A DNA stretch of 64,000 bases from Azolla caroliniana (taxonomy: Eukaryota > Plantae > Polypodiophyta), in NCBI GenBank assembly GCA_043228905.1, contig JBHGNT010000015.1, positions 7,068,001 through 7,132,000 on the forward strand, given 5' to 3'. The notes below the pieces were generated by a model, which was not told the origin of the DNA, searched no databases, and saw only the letters and a list, made by a program, of their open reading frames with translations. The position numbers and the translations under genes were made by a program. Of the stretch, positions 39,468-55,985 are shown one piece after another (the stretch's first letter is position 1; every line of letters begins with the position of its first letter).

Positions 39468-42400
39468 TATAAAGAATTGGGTATGATTCTTGTGTAGCGG
39501 AATAGGTGTGAACTGTGTGTATGAGAGAGAGTGTGTGTGTGTGAGTGAGAAGTAAGACACAGAGTATACGCAAGGTAGGTTATATTAACAAAGGAGAAAG
39601 ACTCAACTTAATACAAGGTGGGAGGAGGGTGCTTTATATAGTCACCCTCTCTCTTCATTAACTACAAGACTCATGGAGCATGGGGAATGTGAAAGCTCAT
39701 AAGTTATGTGTCATAGACTCATACTAAATGTTAGAATACAAAGAGGTGACATAATGGTGACTCTTGACCGTTGGAGTGTCTATTCACTCTCAAGGTGAGT
39801 TCACACACTAGACCAAGTTGAGCTTGATTCTCAACACGCCCCCTCAAGCTCAAGTCGGGTCGGTTTCAGACGGTATCTGAAATCCGCTTCGACTCGCGTT
39901 CCGGAGTCCGCGTTGACTCGCATTTATGCGGAGTTGCGGAATACGTGCTCCAGCTTGCGTTGTGCGTAGTTGCCAAGTCTGCGCTTCGGCTTGCGTCTTT
40001 CTTCGCGGCTTTGCGCGGTAGATCGGCTTCGTTGCGCGGTTGCGTAATCCACGGGTTATTGCGTAATGTGCGCGGTTTGCGGAATCCACGCGTTATTGCG
40101 TAATGTCTTCAGTACTCCCCCTCAAGCTTCATAGGTCAGGGATCGTCAATCCGAGATCAGTCATGAATTGCCATAGCTTGTCGGCTCCTAAGGCTTTAGT
40201 GAAGATGTCAACCGTTTGAAGATTTGTGCTAATGTGTTGTTGGTCGACATCGCTAGCTAGAACGCGCTCTTGGATGAAGTGATAGTGCACTTCGATGTGC
40301 TTTGTCCGCGCGTGGAACACTGGGTTCCGAGCCAGATAGATACTGCTCATGTTGTCGTAGTAAAGGGAAGTCGGATCCTTGATGGGTACGCCTAGATCCT
40401 TCAAAATCCTCTTGAGCCATACGGCTTCACATGCACCTACGGTTGCGCCCCTGTATTCCGCCTCCGTACTCGAAAGAGCGACGGTAGGCTGCTTCTTGCT
40501 ACTCCAGGATATTGCTCCGCTGCCAAGGGAGAAAACAAATCCGGAGGTTGATCTTCTATCAGCTTTGTAGCCGGCCCAATCGGCGTTTGTGTACCCCTCT
40601 AGTCGTATTGGCATCGCGGTCTTGTAGAGTATGCCGTAATCCATTGTGCCGCTCACGTATCGTAGAACTCGCTTAGTGCAATCCAAGTGAGTATCACGCG
40701 GTGTTTGCATGAATTGACTAAGGAGACTGACCGGATAACTAAGATCGGGTTGAGTGATCGTGAGGTAGATGAGACTCCCGATGAGTTGTCGATACTGAGT
40801 CGGCTCACACACTTTGGTGTCGGAGTACACATCTAGTTTGAGATTACGATCGAGCGGGGTTGCCACGGATTTGCACTTAGCCATACCGAACTTGTATAAC
40901 AAGTTGAGAATGTAGTGCCATTGAGAAATCATGATTCCAGCCGAAGTCTGAATTACCTCGATGCCAAGGAAGTAGTGGAGTTCCTTCATGTCTATCATCT
41001 CGAACTTGTCGGAAAGGAGGGATTTGACCTTATTGATTTCGACAAGATGCTCACCTCCAATGACTAGGTCATCCACATATAAGATGATGACCATCGGACT
41101 TGCGGAATCGCTTCGTATGTAGAGAGAGTTGTCCGATTTTGACATAGGGAAGCCGATTTGATGAGGATATTGCGTTATCTTCGAATGCCAAGCACGCGGT
41201 GCTTGCTTGAGGCCGTAGAGTGGCTTCTTGAGTCGGCATACAGCTTTCAGATGGGTGCTCGAGTTGAAGCCGGGTGGTTGTATCATGTATACCTCCTCTT
41301 CTAAGTTGCCTTGTAGAAAGGCGTTCTTGACGTCCATTTGATGGAGGTGCCACCCTTTCACCGCGGCAAGCGCAATTACGGTCCGTACCGTCGTCATCTT
41401 TGCCACCAGAGCAAAGGTCTCCTCGTAGTCAACTCCATGCGTTTGGGCGTAGCCTTTCGCTACGAGTCACACTTTGTAGCGGTTGACGGAACCGTCGGCG
41501 TTGTACTTCACTTTGTAAATCCATCTACATCCGATTGCCTTTTTGTGTGGTGAGGTGAAAACGAGATCCCACGTCTCGTTCTTGCGTAATGCCTGCATCT
41601 CTTCATTCATGGCTTCGATCCATCGCGGATCCTTGGCTGCTTCGGAAAATGTTTCCGGCTCGCGTACTGTCGCCACCTTCATCATAAAGGCATAGTGATA
41701 TGCCATGTAGTCGTTGTAGCCGAATCAGCTGACTGTATTCTTTTCACGGGTGGAGCGACGGAGCTTTTCATTTGCAGAGATGAGGGATTTCTTAGCTCCG
41801 ATTGGAACATCGAAGCCGCCGAACTCATCGTCGTCGAAGCGATCGTCTACGTATTCCGACATTTTCGCCTTGCCTTTGTCCATCTTCGGGCAAGGTCGTG
41901 ATGTGCTTTGATCGCTCAAAGGCTCTTGTGGTCCGCTCAGTCAAGTCGTGATCGGGCTTTCTTCGAACATGCGCGTAAGGTGATCTTCATCCTCTATCTC
42001 TTGTTCGGCGGATTCCGGGTCGAGCGGAGTCGGAGTCGGAGTTATCTCTGGTGCGTACTAGGATGTGGACTCGTCGAAAACGACGTCTCGACTTACTCGA
42101 GATTTTCGAGTTGAAGGGTTGTAGCACTTGTACCCCTTTTGCTCCAGTGAGTATCCTACGAGGATACATTTCTCCGACTTCGGGTCAAGCTTTTGACGCT
42201 TCTCGTCGGGGATGTGCACGTACGCTATCACGCCGAATATCCGGGTGTGCAATAAGTCCAGCTTCTTTTCGAAGTATTTTTCATGCGGAGTGACCTCGTG
42301 CACGCCGGATGTTGTGCATTGGTTCATTAGGTAGACGACCGTATTTGCAGCTTCGACCCAATATGACTTGGGCATATGCTTCTCATTCATCATGGCCCGC

Positions 42401-44832
42401 GCTACTTCGAGGATGTGCCGATTTTTGCGCTTGGCTACTCCGTTTTGTTGTGGAGTGTGTCGGCAAGTGAATTCTCGCCGAATTCCTTCCTTTTGGAGAT
42501 ACGCCGTGAAATCGTCCGAGAAGTACTCCTTGCCGCCATCCGATCGAAGACAACGTACATGTCGGCCCGTGGCTTTCTCGACTTCATTCTTGAATGTTTG
42601 GAAATGTCCGAACACTTCGCTCTTTTGCCGCATCGGGTAGATCCAAGTGTTCCTGGAGAAGTCGTTGATGAAGAGCACGTAATATCGGCATCCGCCGAAT
42701 GTAGCCGTCTGCGTCGGTCCCCATACGTCGGAATGGACTACGTCGAGTAGACCTTTGCTCACGTTCCGCTCTTTCGGGAATGGGTGTCGGTGTTTCTTGC
42801 TGAATTGGTATGCTTCGCATACACCTTCAATCTCCTTCTCTTTGAATGTCAGGAGTCCGATGATGACTCCTTTCGATTTCATTGCTTTGAGTTTGTTGAG
42901 ATTGATGTGGCCAATTCGCCTGTGCCACAACTCTACGTCGGAGTCGGCTTTCATGCCCTTTGCGAACATGGCCGATTTCATCTCGTGTGAGTCGAGAATG
43001 AACATTCGTCCCTCTCTTCGTCCGCGTGCGATGACTCAGCCCTCTTTTTCGATGAAGCAACCGCCTTGATTAAATCGAACTTGCATCCCTTGCTCTACAA
43101 TTTGGTCGACGGAGACCAAATTCTTCGTAATGGTCGGTACATGCAAGACATTTTTAATGTAATTTTGCTTACCTTCTTTTCCGAACGGAACATTGCCGAT
43201 GTGCCGAATCGGGTGCGTAGTGTCATCTCCGATTTTGACATAATCGGGTCGCTCCGGCTCTCGAAGTTCGAGAAACCATTCTTTATGAGATGTGATATGG
43301 TTTGAGGCTCCGGAGTCAACAAACCATACGTCCTCCGGATTGAGGCCACTAGTTGAGGTAGAGGCCGACATAGAGTTTGCTCTATGTTTCATCATGAACA
43401 TTCCGCCACGATCCTCGTAATCGAAGTTGTGCACGTAATTCGTGAGTTGTCGGCTTGTGGAAGCCGATTCACGCATCTTCTTTCGGCACTCTTCTTCGTG
43501 GTGGCCGAGCTTTCTGCAATATCCGCATTCGGTTGCGTTTTGACGGCTCGGGCCGGAGTGGAAGCTCCCCCTTCTTGCGAAGGTTCCTCGTTGGCTTCCG
43601 TTTTGCAGCCGAAATTGGGAGTTGTTGTCGTAGGTCGGACATTGTCCGCCTTGTCCTTGGCCGAATCGGCCTCTCGTCCGCGTCCTCTTCCTCCGTTCGA
43701 GTGCGTGTAGAGCATGTGGCCTTCCAACTCATTGCTCCTTGTATGCACATGGTTTTCTTCGACCAATAGCATTGATTGGAGCTCGAAGAAAGAGGGAGAT
43801 TTCTCCCTTGTTAGAACAGCGGTTCGCATCGCGCCGAACCGTGGTGCGAGGCCGCCGAGGCATATTTGCACCATCTCATCATCATCGATACTTACGCTTA
43901 TTGAGCCAAGCAAATCGCAAAGCTCCTTGATCTTCGAGGTGTATGCCGTGATGGACATGTCCCTTTGTTGAATGTTGTTCAACTCTTGGCGGACTTGAAG
44001 CCTTCTTGCGGTTGTGTTCGCCGCGAAAATCTTTCTTAGATTTTTCCATGCCTCCTTCGGCGTCTTGGCTTCGCGAATGTAGCCGAGCATGTGATCGTGA
44101 ACACGTCGCCAAGCAATACATCACGCGGCTTGCGGCTTGCTCCCATGTCGCGTATCCAGGAGCCGCGTCGGCGGGTCAGTCTTCATGCGCTCCTTTGATG
44201 TAGCTCCGATAGCCTTGTCCGACAATGTATTGGTGCATCTTTGATGTAGCTCCAATAACAATGTATTGGTGCATCTTGTACTCCCAAGATACGAAGTTGT
44301 TTCGATCCAACTTCTAGGTAGGGAGAGCGCTCCCCATTTGAGTATTCATTATGTTGATTCTTCTTCTTCTTCTCTCTTCGAATGCGAGCTATGTAGTGAA
44401 GTTATGATAACGATGAGCCGGTTCTTGGTCGTCGGCGTGGAGCACAACACACGATCACGATGAGGCGAATGGGCTAGATCGAGCTACCAAATCGCTCAGA
44501 TACCATGTAAAGAATCTGGTATTGTTCTTGTGTAGCGGAATAGGTGTGAAATGTGTGTGTATGAGAGAGAGAGAGAGTGAGAGAGAGAGAGAGTGAGTGA
44601 GAGAGAGTGTGTGCTTTATATAGTCACCCTCTCTCTTCATTAACTACAAGACTCATGGAGCATGGGGAATGTGAAAGCTCATAAGTTATGTGTCATAGAA
44701 TATGATTCTATGACTCATACTAAATGCTAGAATACAAAGAGGTGACATAATGGTGACTCTTGACCGTTGGAGTGTCTATTCACTCTCAAGGTGAGTTCAC
44801 ACACTTGACCAAGTTGAGCTTGATTCTCAACA
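39468..44832 (-). mobile_element. Ty1/Copia element F, structurally complete and decayed
   Basis: LTRs at 39468-39836 and 44506-44832, perfect TSD ATTAC, PBS next to 44506. Gag 43392-44090, PR, INT 42058-43005 and RT-RNase H 40129-41406. Confidence 0.95.
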
Positions 44833-44837
44833 ATTAC

Positions 44838-47800
44838 TAATGATACTGATAGGCACGTCCCTATCACAAATATAATGTCGTCTCAAGATAGATCTGATGG
44901 TTGGACTGAGGTGGGGCATAGGAAGACACCTTCACAAGTATATCATGATAAACCTCACCATGTGGCTAGTAACAGTCTAAAGTTCCTCCCTTACAAAATA
45001 AGTATTCTACTTTGTACGTAGAACAAGACTGTTCACATGAGGTGAATGTTTTAGACCACTCATCATCCCACCTTCCTCAACAGAGATTTGACCCAGTTTC
45101 TTCCTCACAAAAAACAGATCCACATTCCATCCAATTGCTTAAGTCCTTCCGAGGTTAGTAGTAGGCCAACCACCCTTGAAAATTGTGGAGAATCAATAGT
45201 TGTCATTGCCTACATCTATTAATTTGGTTTCTTATGAAAAATTGAAGCAAAAGGTTGTTTCCACTCAACATACAATGGGTGTGGAAATGCCTCAAAGTGT
45301 CACGATAAGTGGAGCAAACCGACAGCTCGAAGTCTTTGGTAATTCAAATCCTGTCAATAATCTCTCAAGAAAACTTGTTTCTGGTTAACCAAATAGTATG
45401 GGGCTTGAAAAGGCTAAGGGTGAAGATAAACTACCTTGTGTTGGATTTCAATTTACAGCTTCACAAGTTTCTTTGACAACTCAAACCACTCAAAAGTAGG
45501 TTAAGGAACATAGGGTATAAGCATAGTTCTAGCCATACGTCCCATTCGTGTCATACTCAAACGCCAATATTCGTATCATACTCATACGTGAAAAGGCTCC
45601 AAGTATGATTGAAATCCATACGCGGTACATAGATATATTATATATACATATGGTGTATATGGTGTACATAGTGTGTGTGTGTGTGTGAGGGGGAGAGAGA
45701 GAGAGAGAGAGCGTGTGTGGTCTAGAGAGAGAAGCCCTGTTTTGCATGTGTGAGGAGACAGTGATTGAGTGTATATCTAGACTCTAGAGAGAGAGAGAGA
45801 GAGGAGCTATGGGTTTTGTCTGTGTGAGGGAGTATGTAATATGTATATTAGATATCTAGATTTTGTAGAGAGAGAAAATCTGTCAGTTCTCGTGTGAGAG
45901 AGAGAGAGTGTGTGTGTATGTGTGTCAGATGTCACTTCTATTCACAAAATATTATGAATATCAAAAATTAAAAAAACCAAAATAAAGTAATAAAAAAAAA
46001 AAAAGCCAAACGAATATCGCGTATCATACGCGTACGTTTGCAAACGTTCGCGTACGTCCAGTAAATTGGACGTACGCGAATATTAGGAACTATGGGTATA
46101 AGTATGCAGGGAATTACTTGATTTTAAAAAGACAACCAAGAGCTCAGGAGGGTGCTCAAGAAGGCTGTCAAGAGGCTTTTCTTGAGAAAAGGACAACACT
46201 AAAACCTAAGTAATATGGACACCCTCCATTTTCTTTCCTGGAATGTACAAGGCTTGGTTGGACAGGCCTTTCGTAGAGTTAAATGACTCTTACGAGCAGA
46301 TTTAGGCACTTCTACTGTTGGTATTATTGATATTTTGTTTCTACAAGAGCATCGCCTGTGCATGCATAGGATTCGGAAATATGGTTCCATTTTACCAGGA
46401 TGGTGGACTCATTTGTGGGTTCCTGCATTTGGCCCTAATGGCCATCATGCTGGATTATGCATTGCTATTAGACAACAATTGGAGTCTAACATCATGTCAA
46501 CATCTACTACTATGAATAAACGGGCACAATTCCTTATTTTAAAAAGAGTATCCAAGAAGGTTGGCCTCATGAATCTCTATGTCCCTAATTCTGCGTCAGA
46601 AAGGGCAGATTTATGGTTATCTCTTTCTGATTATGCGGATTTAGCATATTGTTGGTTGGTGGGAGGTGACTTCAATATGATTGAGGATGTCGTTGATAGA
46701 TTGGGAGGTGTAGGTACTACTATTTCAGGATGGGAGGCTAAATGTTGGGATTATTTTCATTTTGCCTTTGGTTTCCTTGATTTATGGAAGGTGCACTCGT
46801 TTTCACGCATACAAGGATTCCTTTAGTTCTCTCGATTAGATGGGAGTGTGGTTGTTATAAATTTGTCTCGACTAGATAGATTTTCTACTAGTAGTGTATT
46901 TTGGGAGGTTGGTGGGTCCCTAGGAATTATTCCAGGCTCAATTATCTCTAACCATGATCCTTTGAACCTACATGTTACATTTACCAAGAGGCGATACTCC
47001 AAGCAATTGTGTATCTCTCCTTCATTGCAATGTAATGATAATCACAGGATATCAATCACTTAGATATGGTCGAGTTACAACTTCTCAGACGATTGTCTGC
47101 TTAACAATATGGTTCATGCCATACTCGATACAAAGACTCTATTCACAAAAATAATTGCAACATCAGTTTATAGTTGCAACTCAGAAATTGCCAACCTACC
47201 TCGTGCTCTTGCAACAGTACAACAATTGTTGGAAAGGTATCCAACTTCATCTATGCTACATTGTGACTTGCCGCAAGTGAAAAGTGTTTTAAAAGAAAAG
47301 TAGGAGGAATGCTCAATGTTCTTCTACTATCGTAATGTTGCTCGTTGGTCACAAAGGCAGGATCGGGTCCACAAAGAATTTTTTAATCAGTTTAAACGTA
47401 AAAATAAACTTCTTTCTATTACCTCTTTGAAGCGTCTTGATGGATCCTACACATCAGATGAATCGAAGGTGCGAGATAAAGTCTCGAATTATTACCATCA
47501 GTTGTTGTCTGCAGAATATTTTTCGGCAGATAGTCTTTACAAGTGGCAAGTTGTTCTTGCAATTGTTCAACAAAAGGTTACCAATGTAATGGCATCTCAT
47601 TTATTGCAACCATTCACACCGCAATAGGTTTTTTTGGCAACTAAATCCTTAGGAAAGAATGTCTATCCGGGAAAAGATGGAATAGGAGTTGGCTTTTATT
47701 TGCATTATTTGGATTTTTTGGGTCCCCTACTTACTAGAGCGGTTAATTTAATATTTTCAAGCGGTAGTATGCCTGCGGAATGGATGGAAGGAATCATATA

Positions 47801-50675
47801 TATGATCCCTAAGTCGGATGCCCAGTGTGATGAAGTTGCCAAGTGGAGGCCAATAACATTGCTTAATGATGTGTACAAGATTGTGGCAAAAACCATTGCT
47901 CTCAGACTAAGATCGGTGTTGTTGTCTATTATTCATGACACGCAATCTAGTTTTTTGTAAGATAGAAGCATTTTTTATAACATATTTTTGTTTTTGGAAA
48001 TGGTTGCTTTAGCTCAACAAAATAAACAACAACTTGCAGTATTATTGCTTGACTTTGAGAAGGCTTATGATAAAGTGGATTGGGACTTTCTTGAGGCATT
48101 GCTATCAAAATTAGGTTTTCCTACTGCATGGATAAAAGGTTCTGTCTAGTTCCGTCTTGTTTGCTAGAGGATATGGGCCATTATTTCCAATCTCTAGGTC
48201 AGTTCGGCAAGGATGCCCTCTCACCCCATTTCTTTTCATCTTGTTTGGGGAAGCCCTATCCTCCTACCTAAGATCGTCTTCGGAAGGTATCATAACATTA
48301 CCTTTTACACAACCTAGTGTATTGGATATTGAATTTGCAGATGACACGACCCTTTATGTTGACGGGGAGATTGGTAATCTCGGTCGGGTACAAGATGCTT
48401 TGCAAGTTTTTTCAGTTGCTACAGGTGCATCACTTAATTGGAACAAGTCAGTCGGACTTTGGGAAGGTGAAGAAACTCACCCTGAATGGTATCCAAGTCC
48501 TTCTTTCCGATGGCTTCATCATGGTGAACCAGTTCGTTATTTGGGATGTATGATTGGAATAGATTTGCGGCCAGAAGCAATGTTATCGCCATTATTATTG
48601 TCAATAAAATGTAAACTAATACATTGGGATGCCCAACAATTGTCCTTTGCAGGTCAGGTTGTAGTAGCCAACTTTGTATTGCTGGCTTCAATGTGGTTTA
48701 TAACATCCGTTTGGCTATTTTCTAGATCTGCAATAACGAAAGTGCGGAGTTTGATCCGGAATTTTCTTTGGGGGGGAAAACAGGGATCTCCAATAGTAAC
48801 CACAGTTGCTTGGAATGTGTTAATCAAACCTAAACGCAGGTTTGGGTTTGATAGACCCTTTAATGCAGTCAAAAGCCCTTTTGACTAAGTTTGTGATCAG
48901 AGGATTGCTACCAGGATCAAAATCTTGGAAAGGGATATTTCTAAATCAGTTGATGTAGTTAAGTCCTAAGACGGGCGGTGTTTGGTTACCCTCTTTAAAA
49001 TGGTTATTCTTCAATGATGTACAAACACCAAGGTGGGATCTTACATCCAATAGATTTTTGCTAGGAATCATACGAGCATGGGATGTGATTAAGTCATTCT
49101 TGCTTAAGGACAAGCCTTCTATGTGGAATGCACTTAGTCTACTTAATCAGCCTCTTCTTGCCAATTCTTTATTTTGGGATAATGCAGGAAAAGTGTTGCG
49201 CCTGAGAACTCACCTTGCCTGGGAATGTGGAATCAATTTCAGCAAATGTCACAAGAAGATCGTCTTGCACAATTACAATCAGTTCATGGTGCCAAGATAA
49301 TGACTGCTACTATATCAACAACATATTCTTCATTTTCTACAACCTTTTTACTCAGGAAGGAACATATGTGGTTTGGATGCTTCATAAATGACACATTGGT
49401 GGTTGTCAAGGGAGCTTCACCTAACAGGTGTGCTTCTTACTTGCAAGTCCTAGACAATCATACATTACAACCTTACACCTTAGAGTGCAGTTATCTACAA
49501 CACTTGCAAAGTGCACCAGTCAGAGTGGTTGCTAAATTTAGAAAGAAATGGATGCTCGATCCTTATCCTTCAATTGCTCGTATGTGTGATATGTTGTGGT
49601 TATATGCAAAAGACTTGATTGCAAGATTAACATGGGATCCGGGGGGCTGGTTTTGGTCACATTCCTTGGGGGAACAAATCATAAAGGTTCATTTCTTTCA
49701 ATACTCAGTAAAACTTGGAAGAAAACTAGTCCTCTCTCAGAATGCAAGGATACCAGCAACTCAGAAACATTGGACCACTTGGGGGGTCTCAACTTTGCAT
49801 TTGAAAGCCTACTGGAAATGGATTTGGTCATTCAAGGGGCCAACTAAATTTATTCTCTTCAGATGGCTATTAGTGCATATGGCCTTACCAGTTGACCACT
49901 CATTGAAAGAGAATGTAACACCCAATCTTCGACAATGTGACTTTTGCCATGAAGCGTAGGAGACTGCCAAACATGCCCTTTGGTCATGTTCCTTGGCTCA
50001 ACAAGTATGGAATAAAGTTCTTTCATTATTTTTAACAATCAATGTCAATTGCCTATTTTCATGGGGATCAACAATGTGGGGAGTGTTACATTCCAGTTTG
50101 ATGTTGTATGAGGCAAACGATGTTCAAGAGGCAATGATGGTACATAATAGAAGATTGATATTGGTCAACCCCTTTCAACAACCTCAAAAGTAAATGTGAT
50201 CTGTCTAGATATGTAAAACAATGACTACAATAACGTTATGGGCATTATGGAAATGTCGATGCAACCGACGTTATGATACAACATATCAGTATCTCTCAGA
50301 TGTCTTGCATGAGATATGGGAGAACTTGGTGGCAGTAGTCCACGGCCAATATGACAACATGCAGGGTTCACCAGAGTTTGTGAATAAGAGAAAGAAGAAG
50401 CTCCTTCACTTATGGAAAACGTTACCCTATTTCTGAATAAACTCAAGGGCCTCAATGGAACTATCAACTTCCATGGACCCTTTCTTGAATATTAGTGAAG
50501 CACGACATAGTGCAACAATAAATTTTTATACCTTTTACAAAGTTCTAGCTTTGGTCTTAGGATTATCGTATATCATTGTACATGAAAATTGTAAGCTTTT
50601 GGGCACATAAGCTTAAATTGTAGCATTCACATGTTTTTCTTAATACTAATGAGGAAAATCTTTGAAGAAAAAAAA
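44838..50675 (+). mobile_element. Degenerate L1-like LINE (presumed ORF1 3' part plus full ORF2 with stops and frameshifts)
   Basis: ORF2 starts at about 46216 (MDTLHFLSWNVQG). APE motifs FLQEH, GGDFN, SRLDRF; RT motifs PGKDG, WRPITLLN, LDFEKAYD, RQGCPL, FADD; zinc finger CDFC...HALWSC. A-rich end at about 50664-50675. Confidence 0.92.
45522..46094. mobile_element. hAT-type non-autonomous element (MITE), 573 bp, inserted in the LINE
   Basis: TIRs CATAGTTC/GAACTATG with a perfect 8-bp TSD GGTATAAG (45514-45521 and 46095-46102). Subterminal CGTATCATAC repeats and a microsatellite core. Confidence 0.9.
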
Positions 50676-50679
50676 TTCA

Positions 50680-50944
50680 TTTAGGAGTTAATGTCAAATG
50701 CTCTTATGTGAGCATTAAAGTACTGATGATACTTGTGTTAACCCGTTGTTAGGGCTTGTATAAAAGTGCTCACTAATCACAGTCATATGTACAAAGCGTC
50801 ATTATTTTGAATTTAATCATTGTCTTCTACTCTCTCTGCCTCTACCGATCGAACTCTTTGTGTTTATCTAACAGTCACGTGGTGTCCGACTGAGCCAACT
50901 GTGTTTATTGCTCATGTAAGCTTCTACATACGAAACTCGTTACA
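50680..50944 (+). mobile_element. Partial B/C-family LTR, probable 3' LTR of element G
   Basis: GGAGTTAATGTC...GAGCATTAAAGTACT...CTTGTATAAAAGTG...ATTATTTTGAATT aligns with the C LTR at 13454-13580. It ends in TTACA. Confidence 0.65.
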
Positions 50945-52635
50945 TGATTGTTATTTACCCTACATTTTGATGCTTTGTCTATTGGTGGCGATTCTAACAC
51001 TTCTTCTCCTTATTCCCTTCTCCTTCTTCTCCTTCTCTATCTTTCCATTTTCACCAATCGTAGTGTAGGGCTCAGAAGGTGCAAATGGACAAAGAAGATG
51101 GGAGCATCTCAACTACTAGTGGGCATAAGACACATTCTAACTTGGAACCATACCATCCAATTAGAGCCAAAATCCCAGTGAGATGAGCAAAGGTGGACCC
51201 GACTTATGTTTAGGTATTCCATTTAAGTTAAGAGGAGGAAATTGAGGATGTTGGCTACGTTCAGATTGGGTATGGAAAAGTTGTCATATCCCTATACATG
51301 ACAAGTGGAAAGACATTCACCAGGTGGTAGGTTGTACATTTTGGTTTAGGGTACATGCAATCAATATGCGAAGGGTATTCTAACATTGTAAATTTATGAC
51401 GTAAAACGAATTCCAATTTTTTTATAGAATGTTGGATTTTTCCGTTTACGTCGAGGAAGGTGAATTGCGATCAATGTGCACCCACGGAGAGATGACATCG
51501 ACATGGTCCATGAATGTCTTCCATATGTGGATGGAATACACACAACCACAACACATATCCAAGCGATATTGGATAGTCGATCCACTTTGGGTCCAACTAT
51601 ACAAGCAAACCAATAACATTAATGACATCCTTAGATAAGGGCCCAAACGCGATGGTGCTTGCAACTTTGGTTATAACCATTTTTGTCCAAACTCTTCAAT
51701 TCCCTAGTAGTAAGATTATTCATAGGGCTGATAAATACAACTAGACTCATTATCTTTTCTACATGTAAACGGTTGGAGCATGTTGCATCTTTACCCAAAG
51801 GACCCAATGCCATTCATGCGCTATGGGTATGAATATAAAATCACATCATACCTGAGAATCGACATACCAAAATTCACATCCCAATTCAGTCCAATGGGAT
51901 AGATTGAGGATATTATGTAATGAATACATTTTGGATGTTTGTGGAAGAGTTCGTACATGGCTTCAAATCTCTAGACTTCGCAAGTATCTTATAATTTTAG
52001 TTTTTGTATAGTCATCCTCGATTGTTGGTTCATATAAATCCTATTTGACAGGGGTCTGAGCACTAGTACAGTCATGATGACATTGACCTCCTATGCCTTA
52101 TGATCGTTAAGTGGGAAGCCATGTTTTGGGTCTCTGAACTTGAACTTGTAACCGCATGTTGTTTTTTCCCAACCCAAATTGGGCTTGTACATTCTGTTAT
52201 TTTACCACTCGGTGTTGTAATTGGGTTACTTGTAATAGCCACACTTGCCTCTCAATATTGTAATATTGTTTCTTTCGTCAACACCATATGGGTGTTGTAA
52301 ATTTTGTTAGTTTTTTACACAATACAAACCAAGACTTTTTTGATAATTTTTTGTACATATTGTAGCTTTTTTTCGTGCATATTACGCCATAAACAATCAT
52401 TTAGACATGTTGCTTCTTTTTTTGTGCAAACAAAAATATGTCAATAATAGTGCAACAAGGTTATATATTGATGTTGATAAATTTGGATGATCTATTGTAT
52501 ATTGTCACCCAATTGACCAATGTGGTTGTCAATTAATACAAAAGGTGAATTTTATTGATAGGTCAGACACAAGTGTAAGTAAATATGATAAGACTAAAAT
52601 GCCCACAGAAGTGATGGAAGGCCAATTGAGTTTGA

Positions 52636-52683
<48 letters not shown>

Positions 52684-52696
52684 TGGAGGTTCTTTC

Positions 52697-52712
52697 AAAC
52701 CCTAAACCTAAA
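52697..52712 (+). promoter_or_regulatory. Telo-box (AAACCCTA) upstream of MSI1
   Basis: AAACCCTAAACCTAAA about 330 bp before the ATG. Telo-boxes are known plant promoter/Polycomb-related cis elements; function here is inferred. Confidence 0.5.
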
Positions 52713-52946
52713 CGGCTCCTTCAAAGCCTCAGGGTTCATACATAGCGCACAGTATGTACAATACAATACATACATAGATGATAGATGATAGATGATAGTA
52801 CATACATACATACATACATACTTGCAGGGTAGGGGGGGGGGGGGGGGTGAAGGGAAGACGAAAGCGCGGGAAACCCCCTCCCCTGTTTGTGCTGCTCTTA
52901 CCAATATGAATCAATTCCGCTTCTCTGTCTCTCTCTCTCTCTGTGA

Positions 52947-55985
<3,039 letters not shown>

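Noticed and set aside
51429-51638. TWSMNVFHMW faintly resembling Crypton/DUF3504 proteins
   Set aside because: A single short motif with no recombinase residues or extended frame.
52832-52847. Poly-G tracts upstream of MSI1 and of LPD (62468-62481) as G-quadruplex regulators
   Set aside because: Similar runs occur in TE sequence (about 33645), and nothing beyond composition supports a function.
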